Assembly: GCA_030650275.1 (NCBI GenBank)
Contig: JAUSEK010000015.1
Coordinates: forward strand, 3,834-67,833
DNA: 64,000 bases
Origin: Candidatus Omnitrophota bacterium
GTDB taxonomy: Bacteria; Omnitrophota; Gorgyraeia; Zapsychrales; Fredricksoniimonadaceae
Direction of reading: 5' to 3'
The translations under genes were made by a program, and so were the position numbers. This document shows, one piece after another, positions 12,001 to 27,000 of the stretch. Numbering within the stretch: the stretch's first letter is position 1; each line of letters opens with the position of its first letter. The notes below the pieces were generated by a model, which worked only from the letters and a program-made list of their open reading frames with translations, was not told the origin of the DNA and did no database searches.

Positions 12001-15000
12001 CTGCCGGTCAAACCATTGATGGCATTGACCGCCGCCGGAGTGAATATGTCTTTGGCTGCCCGGCTCAAGCGGATGTCACGGCGTTCCACGCCGTTCAAGA
12101 AATCTTTCTTCTCCACGATCTCGTAATTCTTGTTTAAGGTGATGGACTGCGTGACCTCACCGGTGATCGCGTCAAAGTCAAGCGCCACCACGGTCTGGTC
12201 AATATTCCCCATGGCATCGTAATGCACGGTCACGAACCGGCGTTCCTGCACGTCGAATTTCTTCTTGAAATCCCTGAATTCTTTGCCTTCCACGCTGACG
12301 ACCGGGATGCGCTCCATGACCGTCAATGCATTGATCCCGAAACGGGCAAAGGCCCGAACGATCTCGGGGAATTTCATCAAACGCTCATACCCCATCCCGT
12401 CCCTGGCGGCCTCCACATCCACCTCGCCGAGGATCTTGCGGACAGGCATCCACGTCGTATCCCGGCGCTCGGAAACCCGGCGTTCTTGAAGCACATTGTT
12501 TTGGTCATACACACGGTCATCATTTTCAAACCAGTCTATCTGCACCGGGCCTGCCCAGACCTGATCGGCATTGTTCAGCGTCCCGGGCAAACGCATGATC
12601 CCCTTGGTCTCCTGCAGTTTCAAGCCGTCCGGCGTAAAGACCATTCTCACGACTAAGATGAATTCCCCAGGTCTTGCGCCATTAAGCCGAGCATCATCAA
12701 CAATGATCCGGCCGTTGTTTTCACCGATACGGACCACGGAGATCGCGTCCTTGAATTGGACATTACCGACGGTCAGATCCAGTCCTTGGTGGTCTTCATG
12801 CAAATTGTCTAAGTAAATGCGTCTGGGCGTCGTGGCCGCGCGCGCGAAATCACGAACAACCGGCCATTGGGCGGCCGGGACACGAACGCGGATCTCCACG
12901 CCTGGAATATTCAAATAAACGATCGACTGGGTCATGGGTTCGATGCGGCGTATGGGCTTGTCGGCGGTTGCGTCCGGATAAATGTCAATGGTCACCGTGT
13001 CCTGTTGGAAATTCTGGCTGGCAATGACACGATTGCCCTCTGTTACGGTCGGGTCCAAACGCCGCGCCTCCGCCAAGGTCAAGGGCCGATTGTGGCCAAT
13101 GTGAATGGAAAAATCAGCGTAAGGGTATTGACCATCCGCTCTCCTGGTCCCATATAGCGGATAAATGTCCGAGCTTCCGTCGGCATATACCACTTCCCGG
13201 CGGGACGCTTCCTTGTTGGCCGCAAAGTAATAACGCTGCCTGACTTTATAATCCGGGCCAAACACCGTGAAAGTCGTGTACTTGGTGCGCAGGACATCAT
13301 ACGCTGTACTGGCAATCCGGGTGGCCTGCGGCGGGGCAATGACCGGTGCCACGGGAGCGATCGACTGTGCCGTCGTGGGTGCAGAAGATTGTGCCGGCGC
13401 GGTCTGGACTGCCGTAATGCCTAAGTCCCTGATCGCCTGTTGTAAGGCCGCACCTGTAGGTTTGGCCGCACCGCTAAACAACTCACGCAAGGTCCAGAAC
13501 GCCTCCCTGGGCGTGCCGTTGGCATCAATGATCCCCCACCATTCTTCATTGGCAACACCATCGTCCGGTAATCCGGGTAAAGGCAGACCGGTCGTATCCT
13601 GAATATTTAAATTGGCATTCTCATTGGCCTTCCACAATTCATCCCGGCCGCCGCTCATATAGGTGACGCCTAAGAAAATGCTGGGATCAGCCCTGGCCAT
13701 CAGCGTCCGTTGGATGTCGCGCAAGGCACCGGCTTGCATGTTCTGGTCTTCACGCCGGGTCCGTGCGTTATACGAATCCGTCCCAGCTTCAGAGATGTAC
13801 ATCTTCAAATTCTTGTTGATACCCGGAGTATTCAGAATGCCGCGCCACTGATCAATGACGCCGGAATCATCCCTGCCGCGGTACATATTGACGCCCCAGA
13901 CATCCACCGACGGTACCTGACGGACAACGCCAATGGTCGGGATCTCGCCATGGGCCGTGGAAACCCGAATGGCCGGGGCGATCCCCTTGGACTCCCGTGC
14001 CGCCTGCTCCAACATCCTGTACCAGTTGTTGACACTGCCGTTAAACCATTCCGGATGATAGTTGTACTCATTGCCGAATTCAAACATGGCGATCGCCGGA
14101 TGATTCCTGTAGGTGCGGATATAGTCCTTGTAGCGTCCGCCGGAAATATCATATTTATCAGCCGCCGAGATAAAGCGATCATCGAACGACGGGAACCCGA
14201 TGATGGCCTTGATACCGTTCTGGGCCAGGGCATCCAGGAACGCTTTGGAGGTGATCGGATAATAGGTGCGGATGACGGTCATGCCCGCGTACTTCATCCA
14301 TTTGACGTCGTTGATATGACGGTCCCAATTGATGCCGGTCCTGCGGGTTTCCCCTTTGGGGATCGGGCTATAGGTGATACCGCGCAAAGGCATAGCCGCG
14401 TTCACCGTAGGAGCCGGCGGCGTCTGCGCATAAGCAGATAACGGACCAAATATGTCACCAAGAACGCGCCCGATCTGACTTAAAAGATTGAACGGTTGTG
14501 ACTTCGCAGGCGCGGTAATAGGCGCAGGAACAACGACATGCTCTGGATTCCCGACAGAAGCATTCGGGAATGACAAACTGGGCGACATGGCCGGTTGAAC
14601 GGCGGCAGCCGGTCGGGCGGCAGGAGCAGCCGGGGTAGCACCGGAGACCTTGTGCCCGCCCAATAACATGGGATCATATCCAGACACTGCAAAGCTATAA
14701 TAAGTGCCGCTGACTAAGGCCGCATAGGCCCTGGAGGTGATCGTGTCAAATCCGGTACTAACGACGGCAGTATTACCGGCGGCGTCCACCGCATAAGAAG
14801 CTGTCAGTGCACCGCCGTTGGTCTTAAAGAACCCGGCCAGCGACCGTACCAGGCCTTCATACTTGGCCTTATACTCCTGGGATTTGGCTGTGTTGCCGAC
14901 ACTGGAAAATTCCTGAGACACGGCAAGATAACGCAAGGCCAGTTGCGACGACCATTCGATGGAAATGACCTGTTTCCTGTTGCGGTAATCGATGCCAAGC

Positions 15001-18000
15001 AGGGTCGTGCCATTATAAACACCGGCGCGCTGTTCCACCACTTGCAGCATTTGCTCGATCTCAGTCAAACGCTGGGCACGGGTAGCGCCGAAGCGGGCGT
15101 CGTTAAGCATTCTCTCCAGCGGTGACCAGCTGCTGGTATCGCTGGCCCACAGTGATTCCGCGTCTTTCACCCAAGCGCTACCATTCCACACCGCACCTCT
15201 GGAGAAGGTGTGTGTCGCCGGATTATACATGCCCATCACCCAGCCATAGGCCCTATTGCCCGCCTGCAAATATTGATTGTCCCTGGTCGCCTGATACAAC
15301 ATATCGAAGAAGGCCACGGCGCTTTCATTGTTCTCGGTGGACTTGATGTTCCAGTAGAAGTTCCGGTCGCTATTGGGACTGAACTGTCCCCTGGGTCCCA
15401 TGCGGATACCGCCGTCGGTGTCCTGCATGCTGATCAGGAACGCCGCCCGTTCTCTGGCAAAACGCAGGGCCGCCGCGCTGCGTGTACTGTTATAGTTCTG
15501 CACACCGCCCATCCCGATCCACGCATTGGGGCCGGCATGCGCCGAGAAGTCCCAATTTGTATACCACTGACCAACAAAATTGCCGGTACGGATATTATTT
15601 AACACCGCCCCGTTGGGCTGATAATCTCCCGGACGCGGCATGGTCTGCGGATTGCTGGCCCCGTTGGCCGCTGTCAGGTTGCGGGCATAGGCATTGAGTA
15701 TCCTGTTTTGTCCGGCGATCAACAGCAAAGAGGCATCATAGGTATAAATGTTGTTGCTGGTATAAAGGGCCGGATCACCGTAGAAACTGTTGGGCATGCC
15801 TGTTGCCGCGTTGACCCTGCTGGTAAAGAACTGAAGGAATTGACGGCCTGACGCCGCATCAGGTAATGCCGCTGGCAGTTGTGCGGCGGCGACAGGGGTG
15901 GCTTGTCCGCCCGCAGGTGTCGGTGTGGTCACAACCGCAGCAGCAGCCGGTATGGCTGGAACGGCCATGGCACCTGGTATCGGCATGGGGGTCCGCCGCA
16001 CAGGAGCCACGGTACGTGGAGCCGTGGGAAGCATCGGGATCGGACCGACACCGCCAAGATCACGGAAATTAAAGAACTCGAAAGCTCCGGTAACATTGTT
16101 ATAGGCCATGGGATGTGTCTGCCAATACTGGTCCATTCTGTCCCAGATCGCCGGGCTGGATAATTCCTCCGCATCGATCATGGATGCATTCAGCGGACCG
16201 TCCACCAAAAGGACATTAGCTAACACCGGCTTGTATCCCCTGGCTGCCCAAGCCGCATTGTTACGGACCTCGGCGTATTCGATCTCTTCGCTAGGATCGG
16301 GCTGGCCGTTCCCATTGGCATCCCTGTAATACGGATAGCCCTTTGATCTTTCCCGCAAATGGACCTGGGCGAACGGACCGCGCTTGGCCGCCTCCGATAG
16401 ACGCAAGGCGCGCTCGAATTGGCCTTTGATGACAAAGCCGATCACCACTTTATCAGGATCATTCTGTTCACCGGGGTTGGCCATCAATGTGAACATGATC
16501 GGTGTATCATCAGAAGCGGCCCTATATGCGGCCGCGCTGAGATTGTTGACACGAAAATATGTCTCAATGAACGCGTTGAGATCGTTGAGGCCTTCGATCA
16601 GCCCCTGACGGGTCGAGTCAATAATAACGGGATATGGACTGGCCAGGGCAGGCCCGAACAGGGCCGGCGTGTCTTTGGACAAGGTGAGCATTGTATTATT
16701 GTCGCCCAGATCGATCTCCTGTGTCCCTTTAAGGAACTTATGGCGGCCGTCGGCGCCGACGTAAATGGCCGGGGTAGCGGTCTTCAGGTCCGCGGGTTCA
16801 ATGCGGCGGGTCTGGTTAATGATCGCCCCGGCTCCAACCGCAGCTTTCCGGAAAGTTTCTGTGCTGATGCCCGCCGGGACTTTCCCATCGAAGAAAATAC
16901 CCGCGGCCCGGAAATTGTTCTGCAGATACCGATATTTCTCAAATTCTACCACGTGTTTGGCGTATTCGCCGATGGCCCCTGACGGCGTCATCTCAATGAT
17001 GATAGGATAGTCGCTCTTGTAGGCCGGGGCCAATTTTTCCGTGTCTTCGCCCACCACGATCATGATCTTGCCCTCGCCCAACGGAATGCGCACCGAGCCG
17101 TCCGGAGGGTTGAACCAGAATCGGGTGCCGTCGAAGGTGATGTGGTTCCTTTGTACCTTCTGCGGGTCTTTTTTGTAGAGCGCTTCCAGCACCCAGATCA
17201 ACTGGTCGTCTTTGCGGACGCCGCGGCTAAAGACCACCTCATCAAGCCCCGCCGGCTCCCGTCCATCCGTATGTCTGCCCAAAGCATAGGAACGTTCTGT
17301 GAGGGCCAACATGTCGCGGATAAACTCGAAGGAGTAGATGACGATCTCGCCATCCAGGGTCACGTCCGCCAGCGGCCGCAACAGTGGGCCTTTGACGAAG
17401 ATGTGTATTGTGCCGTTGCCTTTGAGGATACTGTCAAAAGGCACGTTGGTGGATAAGAGAAAAGGCAGTAGACGGGCCACGCCCTGGCGCTGGAGAACAC
17501 TCTTGTTCGTGTCAGGGCCCTTGCCCAGCAGACGCATAATGTCCAGATCAACCGAAGCGCGCGGCTGGCCGCTGGTGCTGCTGCCGGCGGAGACGGTCAC
17601 ATCCTTAAATTGGGTGTTCACGTTCACGGTGGCGGCCAGCGGCCCCTGTCTGCCGCGGTCAAGGCCGATGGAAAGGCTCATCCAGTTACGGTCAATGATC
17701 TTGGTGCTGACGCTGTAAGCATAAAATCCTTCATCATATTCCCCGTGGAGATTCACGCGGTACACGGTGGCGTTCAATTCGGTCTTGTTCTTGTTCAGGG
17801 CCTTGTCAAAATTGAATGTCACCAGCCCGCCCTTGGCTTTAATTCCGGCACCGACGGAAGGATATATTTCGGAACGCTTGCCGAAGATCGTGTCATTCTC
17901 TGCCCGGCGGGTCACGCCGGCACGAACCATCAAATTCTTATTGATGTCATGCACAAAGCCCATGTTCTGGAAATTGTATCTGTCATTCACATCCAGAGTG

Positions 18001-21000
18001 ATCTTTTCGGCGGCCACCGGCTGCTGGGACAGGGTGTCGTAGAAGGTCAGCGTATCGTCCTTGCGGTCGCTGCCCTGGGCCATGCCGAGTTCCACAATGA
18101 ACCTGTTGCTACCCGACAGCTGATGTTCATAAATGCCGCTCAAGCCGTAGATCTGACCGTTGTTGCCGCTGTTGAACTTCATGACGCCGGCGACGGTCAA
18201 CTCCACCTTCTGTCCCTGGTAGCCCAGCACGTTCATGATCAGGCCGTATTTCTGGGTCACGGCCTGGACGCTTCCGTCGGGCTGAAGAAGATATTGATTG
18301 GCGTTCACGCCGCCGCCGATAAAGGTATTCAGCACCCGTTCGCCGATGGCGCTGTTGACCCCGCCCAGCCAATACTGGCTTTGCCATTCCTTGTTGACCG
18401 TGGTCAATTTGCCGAAATGGGCGCTCAAGGCATTGTTGACATCGCCGATGGAGAAAGCCGCGTTGCTGAAGTCCTTGCTGATCTCCAGAGTGGATGCCTC
18501 CAGGGCCGGCAGGGTTGTCTTGTGGCCATCCGTCGGTAACGAAGCGCCGGAAGGCAGGTAAACGGCGTCACCCATGACCATGACCCCGGCGCCCGGCGCG
18601 GGATGGTTGAGGAAAAATTCATCCATGGCCTGTCCGACGGCCCCGCGGTCCTGGGCGCTGATCCTGCCCTGGTCCGCCAACGCCGTGATCTTGGCTTTAA
18701 CAGCCCCGGCCTTCGCGGTAAATTCACCGGCCTTGCCCTGTAAGGTCTTGACCGTTTCCTGCGCCTGCGCCAGCAAACTGTTGTATGCCTTGCGCGCGTC
18801 GTTGAGCGCAATATTGTCCCTGATCCTGCTTTGCTGGGCGCGGCCCATGCGCAATGAGTTGTCTATCAAGCCCTGCAGCGGATCGCCCGCGCCCCTGCGG
18901 CGCAGGACATTGTCCAGGGCCTGGGTATAATTTTCTTTCTCAAATTGGGTGACTTGCGCCAAATTGGCCGTGACCTCCGCGGTGTATAATTCTCCCCTGG
19001 CCTTGAGATCGTTGATGCGATTGAGGATATTCAGGCGTTCGGTATAAATAGCCAGTTCCGTATTGATATTGCTCGTCATCAAAGCGGTGATCTCTTCAAA
19101 CGCCGCCCGCGGGGTTTTCTTGCCGAAACGAATGTCCACGCCCAGCGTGCCTTGCAGGTCTATCTCTCTGCGCCAGGGTCCGTTCAAATAATCACGATCG
19201 GTCATCAAGTTAGCGATCAAGCTGGTAACATCGCTTTGACCCTGCGCACTTAAAATACTGGAAGACAGCGCACGGTTAAGGGAATCAATGTCTGTTTTGA
19301 TCTGTTCCAGCCGTTGCGTCACATACCGGTCCGCTTCCTGCAGATTGTGCTCCTGCTCGGGGTTGGTTGAGAAAAATGGCAGTTTGTCGAAATTAGGATT
19401 GTCCAGTGAAGGGATGGACTGCTGCAAAATGGTCCAGATCGCATCGGCATCACCCTTTGCGCCTTTTGCACCATTTACAATTTCTTCTATTTCTGTTCTA
19501 TTTAAATCTCTACTTGGGTTTAAGCGAACCTCTGTTGAAGAAACTTCAATTAAAATACCTCTTTGTATTAATTCGTTTAAGATCTTGGCTCCATTTAAGC
19601 CAACCCCAGAAATCGTTAATTTTTTAATATTCATAGGCAGGGTTATGGCGTCGGCAATGGCTTCTTTAAGTTTCTGCTGGTTGGCTCGCGTCTGGGCGAC
19701 TGTTTTGGCCAGGGCGTCCACGTCCGTTTGCTGGAACAGCGCGCTGTTGGCCCCAAAATACCGGTTGATGTCATCCAAAAGAATATTGGGGTTCTGGGCC
19801 AGCCGGGCTTTGTACTGTTCAATGAGGGCAGGATACTCTTCCGGTTTGGTGCCCGGTTTGGCCTGGGCGCGCACGACATAATTGATCGCCTTCAGGGTCG
19901 GGAAGAAACCGTCTTCGATATTGAGGATCTCGTCCTGGACGGACTTCAAAATGCCGAGCAAGGCGGTATTGAGCTCGGCAAAGCCCTTGCGGCCGCTGGC
20001 TGCTTCGGCGCGGGCCAGGGCGTCGGCGGCTTTGCCAAGGTTCACCCGCACCGCGATCAATCTGTTCCTCACATCCTTGCCGGCGCTTTCCACATCTTTA
20101 AGTTCACCAAGGGCCTTTAAAACATCATTCTTAACTTCCTGCGGGGCCCTAACAAATACAGGGCCGTTGATGAAATCAATGAGGTCCTGCATGGTGGCGG
20201 CATGGACTATGGCCTCGATGGCCTGGGACACCGCCGGCGAAAGCGGAACGTCCACCTCCTGCTTGACCGTCACAGGGATCTTGTTGGTGTAGCTGGTGAT
20301 GCCGTCCCGGCCCAAAATGGCCACGCGCGCGTTGTTTCTCGTCAACTCATCTTCAATGCTCCCCAGGGCCGCGCCGTACTCAACAATGCCATTGGCGCCG
20401 TTTTGATATGTCACCACACTCACCAGACCGGGCTCCACTGCGACCTTGTGCGTGATCGTCTGCCGGTCGCCCGTCGTATAATCAAAGGTGATGTTCAGGT
20501 CTTTTTGGGCATCGCGGGTATATACGGAACGGGCGTTCACTTCGGCAAGTGCCTTGTCATAGATCATGCGCACGATGCCGCCTTCGGTGATGGTCCTCAT
20601 ATAAGGAATGCTGTCGCTCGCCGGGGCCGGGATGAAACGGCCGATCTGGTCTTTGCTGATGCGCACCACGGGGAATCCGGTGGACAGAACGCTGTCATTG
20701 TATTCCTTTTGGGTCAAACGGAATTTCTCGCTCACCGGCATGCGCAGGACGATGTTTTCATCGGCCTTGACCGGTGTTGTTGCCGGTTGTGTGGTGAAAT
20801 CAGCCGTATAACCGCTGAATTCATAAACCTGCTCTCCTGTTGTGTCATCTTTCTTCAAGGTATAAACCGCCATGGTGCCCAGGTCATTGCGCGGATGGTT
20901 CCTGAATTTCAACCAAAAATCCTGTTGGGCCGCGCGCGGAGTATAACTGACAACGCCCAGGGCGATCTGTTTGTCCCCGTCGCTGAAACGCAAAACATGT

Positions 21001-24000
21001 CCCGGATTGTTCGGGTCTTCCAGGGCATATTGGGCGTCGGTCGGCACGGGCTTGAGGGCGCCCAAGACCGGTTCCCAAACCGTATACGGAAACTTGTCGT
21101 CCTTGTAGACATGTAGGATGCGCCCGGTCAGAACATCCTTGGTAATGGCATTCACGCGCGGATCCAGCCAGTAGGCCACTTCCTGGTCCATATTTTCCAG
21201 CATGGCCTTGGTCACACGGCGGTTGAGCGTGCCGGGTTCGGTCCATAATTTCTGTTCGCGCAGGAATTTTTCGTAAGCACCCTGCATTTTATATGTGCCG
21301 TCCGCCTGCTTCTGTTCATAAAAGAGCTGGGAAGCGAACATCTGATACGTGCCCTTGTCACCGTGGCTGGCCAGGACTTCCCTCCAATTGATGCGATAGC
21401 CGAACATGAATTGCTGGGCAGGGATGGCCCCGGGATCATTGGCAGGGACGAATTCACTGCGGTTATTGACGAAATCCCCCACCCTGCCGCGCAGGATGAT
21501 ATACCAAACATACGGATCGGACTCGGCCATGGCCCTGGCATTAAAATTGCGTTCAATGTCACCAAAATTATAACCGGCCCTGCCATCCCAAACATTGACA
21601 CGGTTCTTGTCACCCAAATATTGGCCGATGCCCGGGATCTTTGAACCAAGGTTCAACCCGTCAACGATTGCTTTGACCCAGATGGAGTGGAATGATTTGG
21701 CGTTTCTGGCCGGGTCAAAACCGCTGTCATCATCTTTCGGAATAGGGTTGCCCCCATGATTAACGCGGCCTATGCCGAGCAGGGAATACCACCGGAAGGA
21801 CCTGTCATAACGGGCCCCGCCGATATCGGCCTTGATATAATGATCCACGATGGACGCATACGTCTCGTTGATGGCATTGATCAGACCGATGTAGCCAAAG
21901 GTCTTGCCGACCGTGCTCAACGGCTTGCCCGCCGCGTTCACGCCATTTAAGAGATTGCGCAAGCCGGCCGTCTGCTGGGCTATTTCAAAAGGCAAACTGG
22001 CGCTGTTGGGCACTTGCAGATACACGGACGTGATACCCCACTCCTTGGTATTGTAAATAGCATTCACCGGTTGCCAGTTAAAACCAACGCCCAATAGGAG
22101 CCCGACCTGTTTCTTCCGGGAGAATTTGGCCTCGTCCATGGCCTTGACCAGGGCCTTTAAGAGATTTTCGGGCGTACTGCCGTAGGCCGCCAGATCGCTT
22201 TGCAAAACGCCGTAGTTCGCATCGCGGACCAGCCCTTCGATCACCGGGGCCTTGACCGCATCTTCCCGGGCCTTTGCATCCGCGAAGCGCTTATCAATAT
22301 CAAATTGTTTCGCCACATTATCCGCGTCTATTTTTTCTATTTCCTGGGCCTTGAGGGCGACCGCTTCTTCCGCATTCTTGACATCCAAGGCCATCCTCAC
22401 AACATTTTCCTGTTGCTGCACGTCCTTGGGGTCCTGGTTCTGCGCGAATTGGGCCAACGCAGCGCGTCTGGCGTCCAGATCGTCCTGCATGGTCTTTAAT
22501 TCCTGCCGCTTCTGTTCCAGGTCTGCGTCGGCCTTGACGGCAACACCTCCTGCTCCCTGAACGGCTGTCGTTGCCGCGGCCTTCAAGGCCTGCGTCACAT
22601 GGGCTTGGACGTTATACCCACCGTTGGGCCGGACGAATTGCTGGGGATCTTCGGAAGCGACGGTGATGATGGCATTCTTGAACGGAACATTGCCGCCATA
22701 CACGGCCTTGCGCACATTGTTCATCATGCGCTCATGCAGGGCCTCGTAGTCGGCGCGCATGACATAGGTCTTGTCCACGAACAACACCGTCGGGTTGGGT
22801 ACGGCCAGTTCCAGGTTCTTTAAGTCATCGGCTTTGATGCCCTTGGGCAGGTCCTGGAGGCCTAACCCGGTCTTGAAGCCCTCGGGCGCGGCCACGAAAT
22901 ATTTATCTCCAGCGCGGCCAATGACCATCAAACGGCCTTCCTCATTATTGGCGCCTAAAGTAAAGTCGGGTGTTTCAAGAGGAACAATGGCTGTGACGCT
23001 GATGGCAGGCACGCCCGAGTACGGTAACAGGGAATCATTGATGCGCTGTTCAACTGTCTTCGCTTGGGCAACGGGTTGCTGGACGGTCTGGTCTTTGGGT
23101 TGGACCGAAGGTTCGATCTTGGGTGTCGGGGCCTGGACCGCAGGTTTGGTTTGCGTCGGAGCGGCGGGCTCGTCTTGTTTAGGTCCGATCCTTGGCTGGA
23201 TCTGGGCTTGGGCCGGGGGTTGAACAAAAGACGCTTCCCGCGCGCGCGTGAACGCATCAATAACATCCCCGCGCAACTCCTGCGGGATCAAATGCGGCGC
23301 TGTAAATAACAGCAAGGTTGCCTGATTAATATCGTTGGGGCTTAAAGCCGCGATGGCCTTGCGTTCATCCTGCAATGCCTGGGCATGCCAGACATCGTAG
23401 CTGACCCAGTTGGGGACTCTGGACGGATTGGCATGGGCCGGCGTCGCGGAAACAATGCCGGTCAGCAAAACAATGGCGGCCACAGCCCCGATACCGATGC
23501 GATGGGCTAATGGACTGCTCTTTCTGAAGCCGCTGTTGATCTTATGGAGGATATATGCCGCGGCGGCAACGGCCAAGAAAAGCCCCGCCATCCACACTAT
23601 CGCTTCCGGTGAGACATGGAAGACAGGACGCACGAATGGCGTCTCGGTTTTGGCCCTGTTTGTGGGATCTTCGGGGCCGACTGCCGGACGCTCGATATTT
23701 GCGGTACTATTTGAACTACTTTCACCTGCGGCATCCCGCTTCAGCGGGACCCTGTCAGAACTGGTGCTGCTGCTACCTTCTTTTTCGCTGGGCAGAGCTT
23801 GCGCTAAGCCAGATACTGGATTTTCACCAGAACTTCTAACGTTTACTGCAACTTCTCTAGTACCAACAACTTCGCTTACTTTGTCCTCATTTATCGCATT
23901 TTCATCTGTCCGAACCCCCGAGGAGGGGTCGACAGAGAACGTACGACCGCCGTCGCCGAATTTTGATTGAAGTTCTTCTATAGAAGGCCCTGTTAACCGG

Positions 24001-27000
24001 CCTCCAATAAAGCCAGAGCCGCTAGGGCCAGCCCTGCTCAAAAGCATTTGCACCGGCTGGGGCAGGGCCGCAGGGCCATGGCCGCCGACACCAAAACCGC
24101 CTGAGTCAGGCACAGGATTGGACTGCGGCATCGGCATGGCGGGCGCCGCAGGCAACGGCGCAACCGGCAATGTCTTGACCGGCCGGCCATTATCTTCAGG
24201 CCCGTCTTCCCTATTATTAGTGTTTGCCTGGGCCTTACCGCCAAGTACAGCCCCGAGAGCGAATAAAATGATCGCTGTCTTGCTTCCGCCAATAACCTTC
24301 TTCCAGAAAGATTTTCCGTTCGTCTGCGCAGGGGCCGCCGCCGACTCATCGGCCTTGCCATCCAATCTCTCATCCAACCGTGCAAACACAACAGGATCAA
24401 GCGCCACCCTATTGGCGGCTTCATCGATCATCTGCTCGATATCCGGCGTCAACTGTTCAACATCGGCCAACTCCCTGATGGCATCAATACCCTGCCTGTC
24501 TTCACCGTTGAGCTCGTTTTTCTCCTGGGCCTGCGTTAAAAGATTCAGGATTTTACCTCTAACATGTTCCGCGTTAGTCTCGTCGATCCTGATATACTCG
24601 CCCAACACATTTTGAATATACCCAAACAAGGGCTCGTCACCATAGGTGACAAACACCCCTGTCTGGAGATCGCCGGGCTTAAGCGCATCGATCTTTGCCT
24701 TAACAGCCAGCACATGAGGTAAAACCGGCCCTTCATCATCGGAGTTTAGTTCTTCTATCATCTCTTCCCTGAGATCTTCATGTCTGGCGTATTGCACCCA
24801 TTGGCTACGAATCAGCTGTTTCCCTATATCAGCTGCCTGCCGGTCCTGCGGACGGTACTTCGCATCGACATAATGCAAAGCCCTGGACCGGACCTGCCGC
24901 GGGAATTTGACGTCACCCTGGGCAGCAGCCTGCAATTGATTTGCCATTTTCCTGATTTCTGGGTCACCGCTGTCTCTAAATGCCTGCGGATCAGCGGCGA
25001 TCTCTTTGAGCAGATCTTCGGCCTCCCCAACAATGCTGTCGATCTTAAGGTCAGCGACCTCGGCTTTTATATTATTGCCCCAGCGTTCCAAACGAGCGCT
25101 TTGTATATCATTGCCCTTGCCGACTGCGTACTTGCCCTCCAGTAAAAAGTCATCGGCCAAATCATCCAGGCCCAAGGCCCTTAAAACATCAGCCCGGCCG
25201 ACATTCTTGCTTTGTATGATCGATCCCAGGTTGTCGGCGTCGAATTCATCCAAAACTGCAAAGAAATTGTTCACGGCCAAAGAGAGCGCGTCGGCCGCCT
25301 TCCCTGCTGACTTTTTGGCGGTATGACGCGCGCGCCATCCTTCATGGGTACTACCGTCCGTTCTACCAACTGCCCAGCGCACACCTGTCTCAGCCTCCCA
25401 CGCCACCAGCCATTCTGCGGCCGCATCAGCCAGAGGCTTCAATGCTTGCGTAATATGGTGATCCCTTTTCTTTTGCGCCATAACATACAGCTTTTCAACC
25501 CAAGGCAGGAACGAACCAGCGGAGCGCGTCTTCTTAATATCATGTCTAATGGTCCGTTCACTGGCCAGATCCAAGGCCAGCACAACCGCGACAAAGGCCA
25601 CTTCTTCCGGTCTGATGTCTTTGACGATGTTCTCGGCCCGGGCGATCACCCCGTTAGGGGTATCTAAATATCCGCCCATGGCCATTTTCAGGTTCTCGCT
25701 CAAGGACAACAAAGCGTTAATAGTATCCACTATTTCGGCACCCTCGGGCGTTAAATAAATCCCGTCATAGGTCACGTACTTCGGATCGCTCCTCAACGAT
25801 CTTTCAATCTCTTCTCCTTGCCGTGCAGTCGTTGCTTGAACACCCAACCGTTCACCGGGCTGAATGCTTCTGCCGCTGTTGCCGGCGACTTTCTTGAACG
25901 CTTCGCGCTTAGTCGCCACGGGCATGGGCACATTGGCCACGGCCACGGCCTTGAGCGTGCGCGCCACGGCACTGGCAGACTCGACATTATCCTTGTCCCT
26001 GAGATAATCCAAAAGCAGACGGACGGCTGTTTGCGTATCACCCGCGTCTGTCAAGGCCCGCAACTGACGGCGGATGACCGTATTCAAGTCAAAATCATCA
26101 ATGTCAATGACTAGGTTCCAAACAGGTCCCGCATGGTTCGTGTAACGTTTTGGAGATTCAGCGTCGGGAGCTTCCGCGCGTCCGAACAACTGCCGTATCA
26201 AAGAACCATAATGCGGGTCGCCGATATACACAGCGACATTCAGATCACCGTCGGCCACACCCTCGACATGTCCCAGCAGATCACTGCCGGTGATGTCGCC
26301 GGACATAAGCAAGATGGCCTTTGTATTTCTTCCTTCTTTCATCTTTTCCCGTATGGTATCAACTTCGGCCTTGAAACGGTCCCTGTTGTCCTGCCCGTCC
26401 CGGCCTAAAATGGGTTCGGGGATGTATACGTTTTTATCCAAACCAGCCTCATGCAAGAGTTGATGAATCCGTATCAGGATATTGTCGTTATAAACCACAC
26501 CGACCCCGACATTCAGCGAACCATTGATGCTATCACGCAGCCTCTCAAACAGTGCTCTGGCCTCTGCTTCCACGCCGCGGGCAAATCCGACGGACAATTT
26601 TCTTTCGACAACTTCCTGATATGTTGACGGCAGGCTTTCATTGACAACAGCCGTGTGTATGCCAAGAGCGCCGGCCGTTGGCTGTGCAATGCGCGCTGTC
26701 CCGCTCATGCCGTTGAGCCGGTCCGCCAGATTGACCATGGCCTCGACAGCACTGACCGGCTTGAGGTCTTTGCCTCTAGTGTTGTAGGCCTCCATCATTT
26801 TCCGGCGCAATTCGGCTTGACGCGCCTCTTGGTCTTTGTCGGCCTTGTCGTAATCCCGATACTGCAAAGCAACGAGCCCGTTGAGGACCGTCCCGATCAG
26901 GTAGTCCGATGAAACAAGTTTTTCGTCATTCATACCTTCGAGGCGCAAACTGTACGAGCTATGCTCATCATCAACGGCGTCAAAATGCTTCCCCTCGGCC

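Noticed and set aside
19440-19640. AT-rich patch considered as an intergenic gap or inserted mobile element splitting the giant gene.
   Set aside because: Minus frame 2 is open through it and continuous with both flanks. No terminal repeats or transposase were seen.
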